Shown here piece by piece: positions 13,584 through 25,700 of a DNA stretch of 64,000 bases. Source of the DNA: Vitrella brassicaformis CCMP3155 (lineage: Eukaryota > Protista > Chromerida); the NCBI GenBank assembly GCA_001179505.1, contig CDMY01000153.1:62001-126000 (forward strand). Reading direction: 5' to 3'. The notes below the pieces were generated by a model. It made no database searches and had not been told where the DNA came from. It saw only the letters and a list, made by a program, of their open reading frames with translations. A program made the position numbers and the translations under genes. Position 1 is the first letter of the stretch. Each line of letters starts with the position of its first letter.

Positions 13584-16260
13584 TCAGGGATGGCATGGGA
13601 GGTGACATCTCGGGTGCCGTGCATCAATATAATTACCTTTGTCGTATGCATTGTGGGCGCCAAATGGGTTGAGGGGGTCGTCACGTCGTCCCAGTGTCAG
13701 AATGGTCCACACGCGGACGACAGTCAGCATGTGGCACACAACCAGCCGCAATCCACACTCGTACCAAAACGCCAAACCAAACACCCTGGGGAACAGAGAC
13801 ACCCCCTGACGCCCATCCAGGGACACTTCTCCGCCATCCCCTGTGTGGTTATGCCGTCGACAGTCTCGCCGTCAGTGTCTGTTGTGGTGCGCGTCGACAC
13901 GCCAGACCGTGTCTCGTCACGCACAGGGGACGGTATGCTCCCTTCATCCGCACTGCACACTCGGCGGATGGCACGGGGCGCCCTCTCTCTGCACATAGTG
14001 ACGTGCCATTAGTTACTCATTCGGACGCCTAAGTACGTACGTGCACGCAGGCTTACATGAGGAGTGTGCAGGTGTTGTGTGCCTTGGCGCGTCTGCGTTT
14101 GCAGTACCTACATTCATTCGATTGGACTGACATTTGGATGGAATTGGGTTTGATGTGCAGTGCAGTGTAGTACTCATTGGTTGTCGTGTTGCAGCTTAGG
14201 AGACGGCAGTGGAAGGCCACCAGCCCAGCCATCGACAGGCTCATGTTGAGACACACAAACACACACAGCGCCAGCCCGGGATGCTCCTGAACAGACGCCT
14301 GAACACATGATACAACCCAGTCACACGCACACACACATGATGTTGTCCGTCCAGACCAGCCCCCGCGGCCGCACCGTACCCATGTGAGGATTCCGTTGAC
14401 GAATACCATGCTGATGTCGGGGCTCATCAATCCCGTCTCTGCACACACAACACAGGCAGACATACAAACAGCAAACAACCTCTCGAGACCCTGGAGGCAG
14501 GCAGGCATGGTGGCACATGAGAATTCTCAACGCAACGCACTGCTGTCGTAATCGCCATATGCCTCCATCACTGCACGACATGATAGATAGATACACGAGA
14601 AATATCTATACGTACGTACATATGGGATGCACATACATACATAAAACCGTCCGTGTGTATCGTATCGTGTCCCCTCACCACCCAAGTAACCTGCGAGTAG
14701 GTCTGGGTACAGGAGGGTGTCGATTGTGTGCTGCAGCACTGACCAACCTGCTCAACCAACATGACATGAGCACAGTGGGGAAACAATGTCTCCATTGCTC
14801 GTCGGGCTGCCTGCCTGCCTGCCTGACCAACCGAAATACACGCCATAGATGGCGAGCATCATGTGTAGGGTGCAGTAGAGCATGAGCCACCGCTGATTGT
14901 ACCACCCAATGCACGTCCCCGTCCAAAAGCAGTGGTGGTCATATCTGCAGACAGCGCAACTCACATACATACTGCAACACTGCCCGATGGATCCGCCCGC
15001 CAGCCCCAGGAATGAATGAATGCATCATTCAATGGAACCACCTTGCAACGCAGTGGCCACAAGTCGAGCAATGCTTAGACCGGGCAGGCCTACATGTGGA
15101 AAGCGCACTCAATGATGGGATGCATCGGACGGGGCCCATAGATGTGGATCGGTGTGTGTTTCTCCCGGTAGGCTGGCAAAGCACTTACTTGACGATCTTG
15201 CATGTTTGGCATCCCTCTGACCCCCTCTCCTCCTTGTACAGAAACCCATCATACGGCCACACACGCTGAAACAACTCGACATTAGCACTCGTCACCGCAC
15301 CTACCACGCACGCCAAGTGCGGGGGCCCGGAGGCTCTGCTGTGGCCGTTTCCTTGGCGGCGCNNNNNNNNNNNNNNNNNNNNNNNNNNNNNNNNNNNNNN
15401 NNNNNNNNNNNNNNNNNNNNNNNNNNNNNNNNNNNNNNNNNNNNNNNNNNNNNNNNNNNNNNNNNNNNNNNNNNNNNNNNNNNNNNNNNNNNNNNNNNNN
15501 NNNNNNNNNNNNNNNNNNNNNNNNNNNNNNNNNNNNNNNNNNNNNNNNNNNNNNNNNNNNNNNNNNNNNNNNNNNNNNNNNNNNNNNNNNNNNNNNNNNN
15601 NNNNNNNNNNNNNNNNNNNNNNNNNNNNNNNNNNNNNNNNNNNNNNNNNNNNNNNNNNNNNNCCCCCCCCCCCCCCCCCTTTTCACCTGGGTCCACGGAG
15701 ATGAGTTTGATGAAGGACAGCACGGAGGCCACCAGGTGAGCCGTGCCTATCCAACTGAAGAGGGATCCAAGCAGCGAGGGAACACATCGCATGCAGGTGG
15801 TATCTGCCCAGGTGGTATCTGCCCCCATATATCTCAATGCAATCGAGATATGCCTGGCCGCTTACCAATGGACTCTTGATGCGTACGGGTTCGGCAAGTG
15901 AGAAAAGACTGCACACAGACAGACAATCACCACAACGAACGGGGAGCACAATCACACACAACGGGGAGCAGGGCGCTCGCGCCGGCGCTGCGATCCTTCC
16001 TACCGTTATAACACTGCGAAATAAAGCAGCCACACGTGACGCACAGGTAGAGCACCGGCCCTGACGATGCAAGTACGTGACCGAGCTGCCTTCCCCCCGC
16101 CCGCCTCAGGAAAGCAAAGAAAGACATCCAGCAGTCTCGCACCGTGGGGGATTCCCCCAAGTTAAAACTGGTGAGAACATACAGTGCAACTGACCGTACA
16201 TGCATGTGACACTCATGCGCCCACCAGCAGCACGTCAAAAAGACGGTGCATCCGGACAAA
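13584..16260 (-). CDS. DHHC palmitoyltransferase (Swf1/ZDHHC4-like), interrupted by an assembly gap; 5' end approximate
   Basis: Exons read SFIKLISVDPG|...VWPYDGFLYKEERGSEGCQTCKIVK|PARSKHCSTCGHCVAR|YDHHCFWTGTCIGWYNQRW (DHHC at 14940-14929)...AFHCRLLSCNTTTNEYY (TTxE motif)...NAYDKG. Confidence 0.92.
15363..15662. other. Assembly gap (300 N) inside the DHHC gene, next to a poly-C/poly-G run
   Basis: N run seen directly, followed by poly-C at about 15663-15679. Confidence 0.99.
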
Positions 16261-16318
16261 GCGATGGAAATTGAGACGCCCCCATCACTGTAAACACACG
16301 TGTTCCAAGCGTGCAGAT

Positions 16319-18574
16319 ATGGATGCTACAGTAGCGCGGCTGCATGCGCAAGCCCTCGATAGGTTCATTCGCGGTGCCCTGCCTTCGCCCCCCCTCGTCT
16401 GGCAATTTCATACGAAGCAAAACGGTGAGAAACTGCAGCGTGTGTTGATGAATGGATGGATAGATGGATGGGTATTCTTATGTCCGCAGAGGCCTTCAGG
16501 CATTATGACAGGCTAAGCGACCGCGTTCAGAAGTGCACCGGCGTGTTCAGCCACGAGATTAAGGAAGACGGGAGAAGAGAGTAAGAGAGGAGGGAAGATC
16601 ACGAGAAACGGACGGAAACCCACGCATCGCTCCATTTGTGAAGGTACCTGGTTGCAACGTATCGCGATTTCTGCAGTCGCTACGTTGACCCCGCCGTCAT
16701 GTCGGGAGAACGGTGAGTCCAATGCAGTTGATGACGGACGCTGTTTTGATGCATCCACGGTTGCTGGCGCTCTCTCTCTCTCAGGCACTACTATGAGGTG
16801 ATTAGAGAGGGCCATCCTTGCTGGCTCTACTTCGACATCGACGCCAAGTGGTGCCAGCTTCCCCCTGACGTCAACCGCAGCACCTACACGAAGGGCCTCC
16901 TCGACAGCTTCTACCTCCTCCTGAGGCACTTCCTTTTTTCCAACTACGGCGTTAAAATCGAGGAGAAAGACGTCATCGACATGGACTCATCAACTACTGA
17001 TAAGCTGTCGCGGCACATTATCATCAAGCATCAGGCACACAGCCAGCGGCGGGGCACTACCAGCACGGCATTCGCAAGCAATGCCATGGCGGGATGGGTG
17101 GTGCAGCAGTTTGTCGAATGGGCCACACGGCTCCGTGATGAAGCCGCCGCGGACCAGCAGGCCGGCCGCGGCGCTGACGTCGAGCCCTTCGGCGACGACG
17201 CACCATCAGCCTCGACACTCGCCGGTGCTGCGCGGGCTCTGTTTGTGCGTAGCAAGGTATGGCTGGAGAACCCTGATGGGTGCGAGGAGGGCAGGGAGTG
17301 GGAATGTGTGGTGGACAGAGGGGTGTACAGTCGCAACAGATGTTTTAGGTCAGCTCACGATTCATACGGGGACGAATTGTGCATTTCGATGGTGGTGTCC
17401 TTCAGGATGCTGCACAGCAGCAAGTATGGCAAGGACACAGCGCTCAAGGTGGCAATATGGTCCTGCTACACATACACAGATTGCGTCCTTTGCCTGTCTA
17501 TCAGCTTGACATGGATCGCACGGGCTACCCCATGAAGCATCTGAACACATTCCGTGTGCTGGAGTCACTGGCGTCATTCGTTCCTTCGACCGTGAGCAAG
17601 CACCGAAGGATACCCACACACAAACACACACATGCACACACAGACATTCTGATATGCAGGTGATCTTGTTCGAACACCCCGACGTGCCTCATATGTCCAG
17701 CCAAGAGTACCTCCGTAGCTGCCGACAGCTGTCGGCTCCCCAACCGTCACGGCAGGCGGCATCCAGCTGTGTCGAGGGGTCTGATGGCGACATTCCAGAG
17801 GTCCATCGGGGCCTTATTGACTACATGGTACTTCATTGACGCATGCATGTCTCATGTATGCTTTCATTGCGGTGCATGGTGTTGCCTGGTTGCCTGACAG
17901 GTTGCCTCATGGGACAAAGAGTTTGAGGCATGGAGGGGGTCGCCGGCAACATGGAGGCAGAGTCGACTAGACCTCCTCCTGCAACCACCACAGCCACCAG
18001 AGCCGCCCGATACCTTCAGCACAGACGGCACAGGAGTACGCTCACGTGTCGCAAAGGTCTGCAGGGCGGGGTCTGCCATCGATGTGCACAGTGTCCATGG
18101 ATGTCCATGTTGTTGTCTTTGTACGTGTTAGTGGTGGTTCACGCGACCCGACGCTGGTGCGGTGTACGAGGATAGTGCGGACGACAGGAGCCTTTCAGAT
18201 TCAACGGGCTATGTCTGTGTGTCTTTGGGTGGCGACAACCGTCTGTGTGAACGGATAGGAAGGCCGCACAAATCCAATGGTGAGAATACCAACAGATGAG
18301 AAAACCAAGCCTCAATTCTCTCTCTATGTGTAGGCATCATGTTGGTGGCTGACTTGAGGAGACGTGTATTCTGGCAGAAGTGCTTCGATGTCGACTGCAG
18401 GTACTTCGATGTCCACTGAGGAGATGAGACAACCAGCGCATCTCAATAGACCTGTGTGTTCCTATCAGTGGGTTCCGATCGATCGAGAATGGCCTGCCCG
18501 ACAGTCTGTTTGCCGATGCAACTCCAGGAAGTGGCCCTCCGCCACAAAAGAGAAGCCGCATAGAGACCCCATGA
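16319..18574 (+). CDS. PRIMPOL: PrimPol (archaeo-eukaryotic primase-polymerase) with C-terminal CHCC zinc finger
   Basis: HYYEVIREGHPCWLYFDID (motif I), TTDKLSRHIII (motif II, SxH), VVDRGVYSRNRCFR|MLHSSKYGK (motif III), and zinc finger LCERIGRPHKSN|GIMLVADLRRRVFWQKCFDVDC. Start codon is approximate. Confidence 0.93.
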
Positions 18575-18839
18575 CACTCAGCAGACCGTCTTGTGAGTCG
18601 CGCACTTGGTGGTGAACGGACGCAATCACGAGAGACATGGGGCCCGGGGTAGACGGAATGCATGTCTACGTGAGTACACACATTCTTCGATTGCAATTCG
18701 ACGGCCATTCAGTATATGCGATGCACGACCTGACAGAATGTTTGTCGGTCAGTCAATCAGTCAGTCAGTCAGCAACACGCAATCAACCATGAAGTGAGTG
18801 TCTTCGCTGGGACAGATAGATAAACACGCCAGGCCCCAT

Positions 18840-19265
18840 TCATATACGCACGACAGTGTCACCTGGACAGTCAGCCACTCGGCCGAGAAGTGGTCCACTC
18901 TGCGGCATGAAGTCGTAATAGATGAGGGCCTCCCCGCCCACCACGCCACAGTCGGCCAGCGTCTTCTCGCTGCTGACGACCTCCTCTGGGTGAAACCGAT
19001 TGACGCATATGGACAGCTCGTCGGCCCTTATGGACCCCCCATGTCTGGCAATGATGGCTTCCCCGATGCTGCCGATCTTGGTGCGGGGCGTCACGTCGAC
19101 AACGAACTCCAGCAGCGAGCACACGGGCGCCGCCAGTTTGACCACGGCCTTGATGCGGCGTTCGTCAAGGCGCGCAGGCCGAACCTCGGGGTGTTCATAT
19201 TGGGGCTGATCTGGCACGTCCTCGTCCTTCTCCTTCTTTTTCTTCCCCTTCTTTTTCGGTGCCAT
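18840..19265 (-). CDS. Small single-exon protein with Lys-rich N-terminus and probable ubiquitin-like (beta-grasp) fold
   Basis: MAPKKKGKKKKEKDED...LEFVVDVTPRTKIGSIGEAIIARHGGSIRADELSIC...EKTLADCGVVGGEALIYYDF. The pattern V...TKI..I...I...HG....L.......TL.DCG is typical of ubiquitin-like domains. Confidence 0.65.
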   Translation of the reverse strand: MAPKKKGKKKKEKDEDVPDQPQYEHPEVRPARLDERRIKAVVKLAAPVCSLLEFVVDVTPRTKIGSIGEAIIARHGGSIRADELSICVNRFHPEEVVSSEKTLADCGVVGGEALIYYDFMPQSGPLLGRVADCPGDTVVRI

Positions 19266-19787
19266 TTCAAGAGACGGGCGGGGGGGCCCGGGGGCCAAGC
19301 TCGCTGCAAAAACGATCGCTCGAAGTCAAGGCGTCACCAGACCCACTTGACGCCAGTCGCAGTTACCGACAATGCAGAGCTCACGAGGTTGGTGGAGACC
19401 GATGCAAGGCGACATTCATGAATTGGGTTTGGTTTCATTAACGCATGAATGCTGTGTCTGTGCCCAGCAAAGGCATCGGACGAGCTTGGAGAAGGAAAAA
19501 ACGTGAGGCCGTCTGGATGATCTGTATGCGGTTGTGATTTCGTTTTGTGGCCTAAAGGTCTTGTCATTTCACCCACTGCTTGAAGGTCTCTTCGGCGTCC
19601 TTTGTAAGGCCACAAACAAGCCACACACAGGAGTGTAATTGACTTGATGTAAGGCATCTATCCATGTATGTGTCTGCTGTTTGTGTGTACAGATGTGGTC
19701 GGCGCGAAATGGATTGACAGATCAATCTCAGAACACCACACCAGACCATGGTCGGTCCAGTCCCTTCCTGAGGTTTGCTTGTTGGTC

Positions 19788-22700
19788 ATGAAAACAGGTG
19801 GATTCATCGCGCCGAGACAAGGACGATGCCCATGTGCGGATATCCGGTACACGAAGCCAGACATACTCACGCTTCACCACGGTGAGGCATTCATGTCCGG
19901 CTCCTCGTTTTGCCCGCTGTCAGCCCGCATTCTGGAAGCGTTGCGGCTCGTCATCGAGGGGCTTCAGCTTGTCCCACTGATTCTGCTAAACACAGGGTGC
20001 GCCGAGACAGATAGACTGCTGGTTGCCTGCGGCAATACTGGATGGGTGTGGTCTGTGTGTGCCGGTCTACGGCCCCCCAACCCATGACAGGAACAAACTC
20101 CCCTACTGCGACCACGTCGACCTTTTTGACCCAGATTGCATCTTTGTGTTGGTGACGAATCCCCTGCTGCTGCTGGCTGAGACAACCACAGAAGGCGCCC
20201 ATGGAAGGACTGGCAGCGTATACATGGTGCTCTCCCTAGTTCTGGCAGTCCTTGTCTTTGCCAGCGCTGGCAGCGGGATCCTGGTGGCACAAACCTTTCG
20301 ATCGAGGCAAATCAACCTCGCAGCACCCATCTTTGTCATTAAATTTTTCTGCATCGGTACGCAAGCCGGCGGGGTATGGGAGAATGGCATTGACCGTATT
20401 TTCTCCGTCTTGTTTGACTGACGTCACTTTCTGCAGTGCTGGCTACGACCTATTACACCTCTCTGACTGTGACGCTGATGATGTGCTTCTCCTGTGCCAC
20501 GCTTGAGTCAGTGATAGGTCCAGACTTCCTGTGCAATTCCTACTTGCACATCTTCGCCCAGGCCGCCAGCCTGCTGGCGCTCATTCTTCTGTTGGCCATG
20601 TCAATCGTTGTCGCACTCCTCTACAACAAGTATCAGAACATGCATGCCAGCCAGTCTGTGCACAAATCCGTATGCGGATGTGCGGATGTGCGTGCAGGTT
20701 TGATCAGTTCTCGCAGTCCCAGTCAGCAGCCGCTCATGGGAGGGTCGAGGTCTGGGTGGTCATCATGAAAACGGTCGTAGCGGCCAATAGGATCACTCTC
20801 GATTCGTATGAAGGACACGAGGACTTGGAGACGTGGACGCGGTACTGCAGCGTGGCCAACTTTATTCTTTTGGCCCTCGTGGCTGTCCTCACGGCCGTCC
20901 AGTCACCGAGCTACTGTGACTTTGTCAACAAACTGCGGGTGGCCATCTTCTCCGCACTGGCATTTGGGGCCCTCTATCCCCTCTCACACAATATCTACCT
21001 CACAGCTGCACGTAAGGACCTCGGTGGGCGTCTTGGTCTGATCACTAACTCGTGTCATTTGCTCGACTGTTCAGTCGTAACGCTGGCCCTGCTGATAGGG
21101 TGGGAGGGGAGATGCACCCGGGGGACCGCATCTGGGTGTGTGTACGGTCCCATTCAGGTTGAGCCCTGCGGGTGTGTACCGCAAGTACTACTTCGTTAGG
21201 CTTTTGGAGCGGAGCTGGTCGGAGGTATACGAAAACTACGACGAGGAATATAGGAACCTCCTACTTTCAGTAAACATCAAAAGTCAAGCGACACATTGGG
21301 ACAAGTTTGTGTGATTCGTTTGATTCAGGCACTTTACAGCGAGGTCGAGCGGCCTCGCGGGCAATTTGCTGGCGGCGCTGTGGACAATCTGCAGAGGGAC
21401 AGCATCTCGTTCATGAGAGGTGGCGATGACGACCAGAAGAGTCATGCGACGAGCACGATGGTGAATCGGCTCCAGTCGGGCTACAAGGCGAGGCTAGTAC
21501 GCAAGTCCGTCTACTGGGATACCGACATAGAGCTGATGTTGCGCGCAATCCGAGACAGGTGGTATGACTTCAGTGATAAGGAAAAGGAAGTGAGCATCTG
21601 ATCTAGCAATCTAGTACACCAATCACACATGACATCGATGTGCATACGTACGTGTGGTGTTGCGCGTAGGTCATCCGTGTACTAGTGGATGAACTGTTCT
21701 ACTTCCTCCTTCGCGGTCGATTATCCACTGCACAACGAGCATTCACTTACGCATGGTAACGGAGACAGAGAGAACCTCCCTCTCTGGGACGGCTGTTCTG
21801 TGTCTTTTCCTTCACATGTATATGCGTGTAGGTACGCCCTGACGTGCCGAGTGCTCTTCAACGAGACCTTCGGGGTACGGAAACACAACTGAAGCACACA
21901 CTCAGTCAGTCAGTCACTCACTCACTCAGTCACTGGATATACATACTTACATACATACATACATACATACATGCCTTGCAATTGTGTGTGGGCGGCATGA
22001 CAGGTGTATCGATTCATTCGCTACGCCAATCAGAACTCCAACACGTTTCAGATTGACGTGCCCTATATATGCTACTACCTCTCCAAAGACATCGAGACAG
22101 CAAGACAGGCCACGTACCTCATGGGCGGGCTGGGCACCAGAAAACTCACACTCATCGACCTCATGACTTACAAAGTCCTCACATAGTATTACACACACAG
22201 CCAACACAGTGCTTTGATCTTCACACATGTCCCTGTTTGGTGTCTACTGGCGTCTCTTTGTTTGTGCGCACAGAAATGGTCGGTGGCCGCCAAGGTGAAT
22301 CATCTGAGGGCTCTGGAGCTGCTGGTCAAGTTCTGGCGGATGTCTTCGCAGCATACTGCGCAGATCAAGCCACAGGCAAAGGTAAGGCTCCCTCCCCGTC
22401 TGTTTCTATCTATGTGTAAGTCAGTGTTGCCTGCCATGTAGGTTCTACATAACGCCCTCGTTGCGTTGAGGACGGCCGAGGGGGCTTACATGAACCTGCT
22501 TTCTCGATTTCCGAAAGCCCCTGAGGCCCTCGACCTTTACGCTGCCTTCGTACGGAACGTAATGCTCGATGAAAAGTGAGTATCGAGCAACACGGCTTCG
22601 CCTGGTGGCCTGTGCCTCTTTGCATCGTATCTATCTTTGGTGTGCATGTGCAGGCGCGCGGAAGTTCTTCTGCAAAACGACCTGGCGGAGTCCTCCTCGC

Positions 22701-25700
22701 AGTACAGCTCGTCTCACCACAGCAGCTCTATTGGGAGGAACCTCCTGCTGGTGGGGATGGACCGCAAACTGGAACGAGTAATGACCAAGCACTGGGGAAC
22801 ACGACTGACTGACTGCTCTTCCCTACGCTCGTCCCCACGTCTCCTCCCTCCCTGCCTCCCTCCCTGCCTTGCTCTGGTTGGTGTGTTGTGTTGTGATGTG
22901 ATGTGGATGCATCCAGGTGATGAGCATCGAGCAGAAGAAGATGCGAGCGCTGCACTGGATCAAGGCAATGACCCTGCTCGCATTGGTCGTATTCGTCGTC
23001 ATGTCCTTCGTGTCCCACCACCTCGGCATGACAGTAAGAAAGAATGTGTGATGCACATCGACAAGCTCTCAGTCCTTCGCGTGGTGCAGGAGCAGACATA
23101 CGTCACCGAGAAGATGGTGGAGCTCGACCACCATGGCTCACTCATGAACTCGTGGTCCGAGACATGCATTCACCTCAACAAACTCATCATCTACAAGGTC
23201 GCACATTTCGTGTTGAGTTTCTTGACTTTATAAGATTATGCATCACTTCGTGTCGGTTTCTTTGGTCAGGACACGGATCACCGACTGCATCCCAGGGCAC
23301 GCGAGCTGCTGCTCGAGCAGGACGATGAGCTGCATTCGCATGCAGAAATGATCTCGACCGCCGTATCCGACGTGAGAATATCAGAGCTCAGTCGACGTAC
23401 GCACATGCATGGCCGCCTTGAGTGCATTGTGCAGATATCGACTTTGGCGGCCAAGGACAAAATGGCAGACGTGCTTTCAAAGATCAACAAGGCGTATCTT
23501 AATGTCACTTACTTCAGACAGGACGGATCAAGGTGATCGATCACCTGACTACCCTGCAAATTTATCTCACTGATGGATGGATCGATTGTGGATCATTCAG
23601 GGCGTCACGAGTGATGAATTTCAACGAGCTGGCGAGTAAGTATGCATTCGCCATCCGCACAGTGGCGGACCAGGCCCGCAGGATCCCCGACGAAGAGCCC
23701 CTGCCCGATAGCCCTGAGTTCCGGTTTATTTCCGAAAACTGCGTCGGACCGATACCGGACGAGGGTATGCATATGCGGGGTGGACGAGACGACTTACTTC
23801 ATTGCCCTCACTCACTCAATCCACTCACTGGGTGGTGTGCAGGGTTTCGGATCCTGTTGCTGCAGCTGGCACACGTGCAGGACGCGATCACCACGGCAGT
23901 GCTGGTGCTGTCCCTTGCCAGCACTGCAGTGCTCGTGTTCGGGCTGCTCGTCTGCCTTGGCACACTTAAGGTGGCCTTACTTACAGCCATACACCTCCAT
24001 CCATCGATACGATACGTAGAGGCGGCTCAGTCGATCTTGTTTCACTGTGTCTGTCTGCAGTTGATCCAGGCGCGTTTGCTTGAGTTCGACAGACGGCAGG
24101 AGAACGGGGCACCGGTGGCACTTCAGATATGCCATGAACTCACAGGTGGGAGAGACGGAGACAGGTGCGGCTATGCCTGTCGCGATGCGCACGTGCGGTC
24201 TGCTGGTTGGACGGTGGGCGAGTCAGGGGTACAGAGTCGAAAGCTGCGGCGGCTATACATCAAGAGCTACAGGAAGCCCTTCGGTGAGGATGCAGATGAG
24301 CAGGGCAGCTTGGGCTCAGAGGCCACCGACGCCAAACCGCCCGCACCTGCGAGTGGTATGATCTAATGGAAACACCACAACCAACTTGAATTCTGTGTGG
24401 ACCTATGACTGTGTGCATGAAGCCAAAACGTCCCTTTCACTGCCCGCAAAGCGCAAGAAGGTGGCAGCGGCTGCTGAGGAAGACCAGGGGGGAGGGCTGG
24501 CAGGCCAGTTCGACCACTTCTTCCGAACGGAGCAGAGGAGCCGCGAGGTGGCCCCGCCCGAGGGACACCCACTGCGGGACCGACAGCCAACTGCAAAGAC
24601 CATTGCCACTAATGTCACCAATGTCACACGTGCGTAGGCCGGCTGGGGGATGCAGCCTGTTTGCTTATCACTTGCGCAAGCTGCCTGCCTGCCTGCCTGT
24701 CTGCTCTGCCCGTCTCCTTGTTTGCAGGTGGCGAGAGCACGGAGCAAGATGTGCCTGACCTGCCGGCACCGGCACCATGTGGCCAGGAAGTGTTCCCCTC
24801 GGGACAGGAGGAGGAAGAGGAGAAAGAACGGCCGCATGAGGCTGCCGACCTAGCAGAACCACCAGACCGACTCAGAGGTAGGTAGGTAGTTTGGTGAACT
24901 GACTGTGTGTGGGGCTCGCTCATGGGGGCGTCCGTGCACGTACGTCTCCTTGCTTAGATGCAGCTGTGCCGTCACACCGTGGCGCTTGGGAGCAATCGCC
25001 CCGTGCCGCGCTGGAACCGACATTCGGCGATTTGCTCGGCCTGACGGAGGTCAGTCAGTCAGTCAGTACACATGGATGCGAGGGCCATTGCGCACCATAC
25101 ACGCATACGCCCCCTGTTGTCAGGGCAATCTCAAAGCATATCAGGTTTGTATACCTGTTCAACTTTTCGGCAGAGCTGCTCGCTTCACTGTGGGTGGCAT
25201 CCATGGCATCCTATGATCAGGTTTGGGTTGAGGACATGTGTGGGCCGTGCACAGTGAGGGGCCGGAAGGTTAACTGGCACCTGGCGGAGGTGCTGGGCCT
25301 CAAGACTGACCAAAGTGACACGGGCGAGGACATTGAGTTCAAACTGTGGCTCAGGCAGGCAAAGCACACGCAGGCAGGCACGGTAGACAGGCACGGTAGA
25401 CAGGCAGGGTAGACAGACACCACTGCTGCGTGTCTATATCCATCGCTACACACGCAGTGCAGCCCTCCCTCCCTCCCTCCCTCCTTCCCTCCCTCCTTCC
25501 ATTCCTCACTTGCTGCTTGCTGTATGCATGCATATGCTTTGTAGAGGTCAGGTAGTTGTGGAGGAGGCGGCGGCAGAGACACAGCAGGAGGCCGCTGGAG
25601 GCGGGTTCTTCCGCCGAGCAACATCTCGTGCGTCCACTCTGCAGGCTGCCACTGCAGGTGCCGAGCCTCTGGAGGAGCTCCGGCGCCGCACACGCTCTTA

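Noticed and set aside
17110-17310. Insertion between PrimPol motifs II and III
   Set aside because: Human PrimPol also has a flexible insertion in this region, so it is expected.
18798-19421. 207-aa + strand ORF
   Set aside because: It is antisense to the ubiquitin-fold gene and has no recognisable features.
24357-24660. Possible gene boundary at the stop at 24366
   Set aside because: A GTATGA donor precedes the stop, compatible acceptors follow, and the downstream exons supply the TmcB C-terminal motifs.
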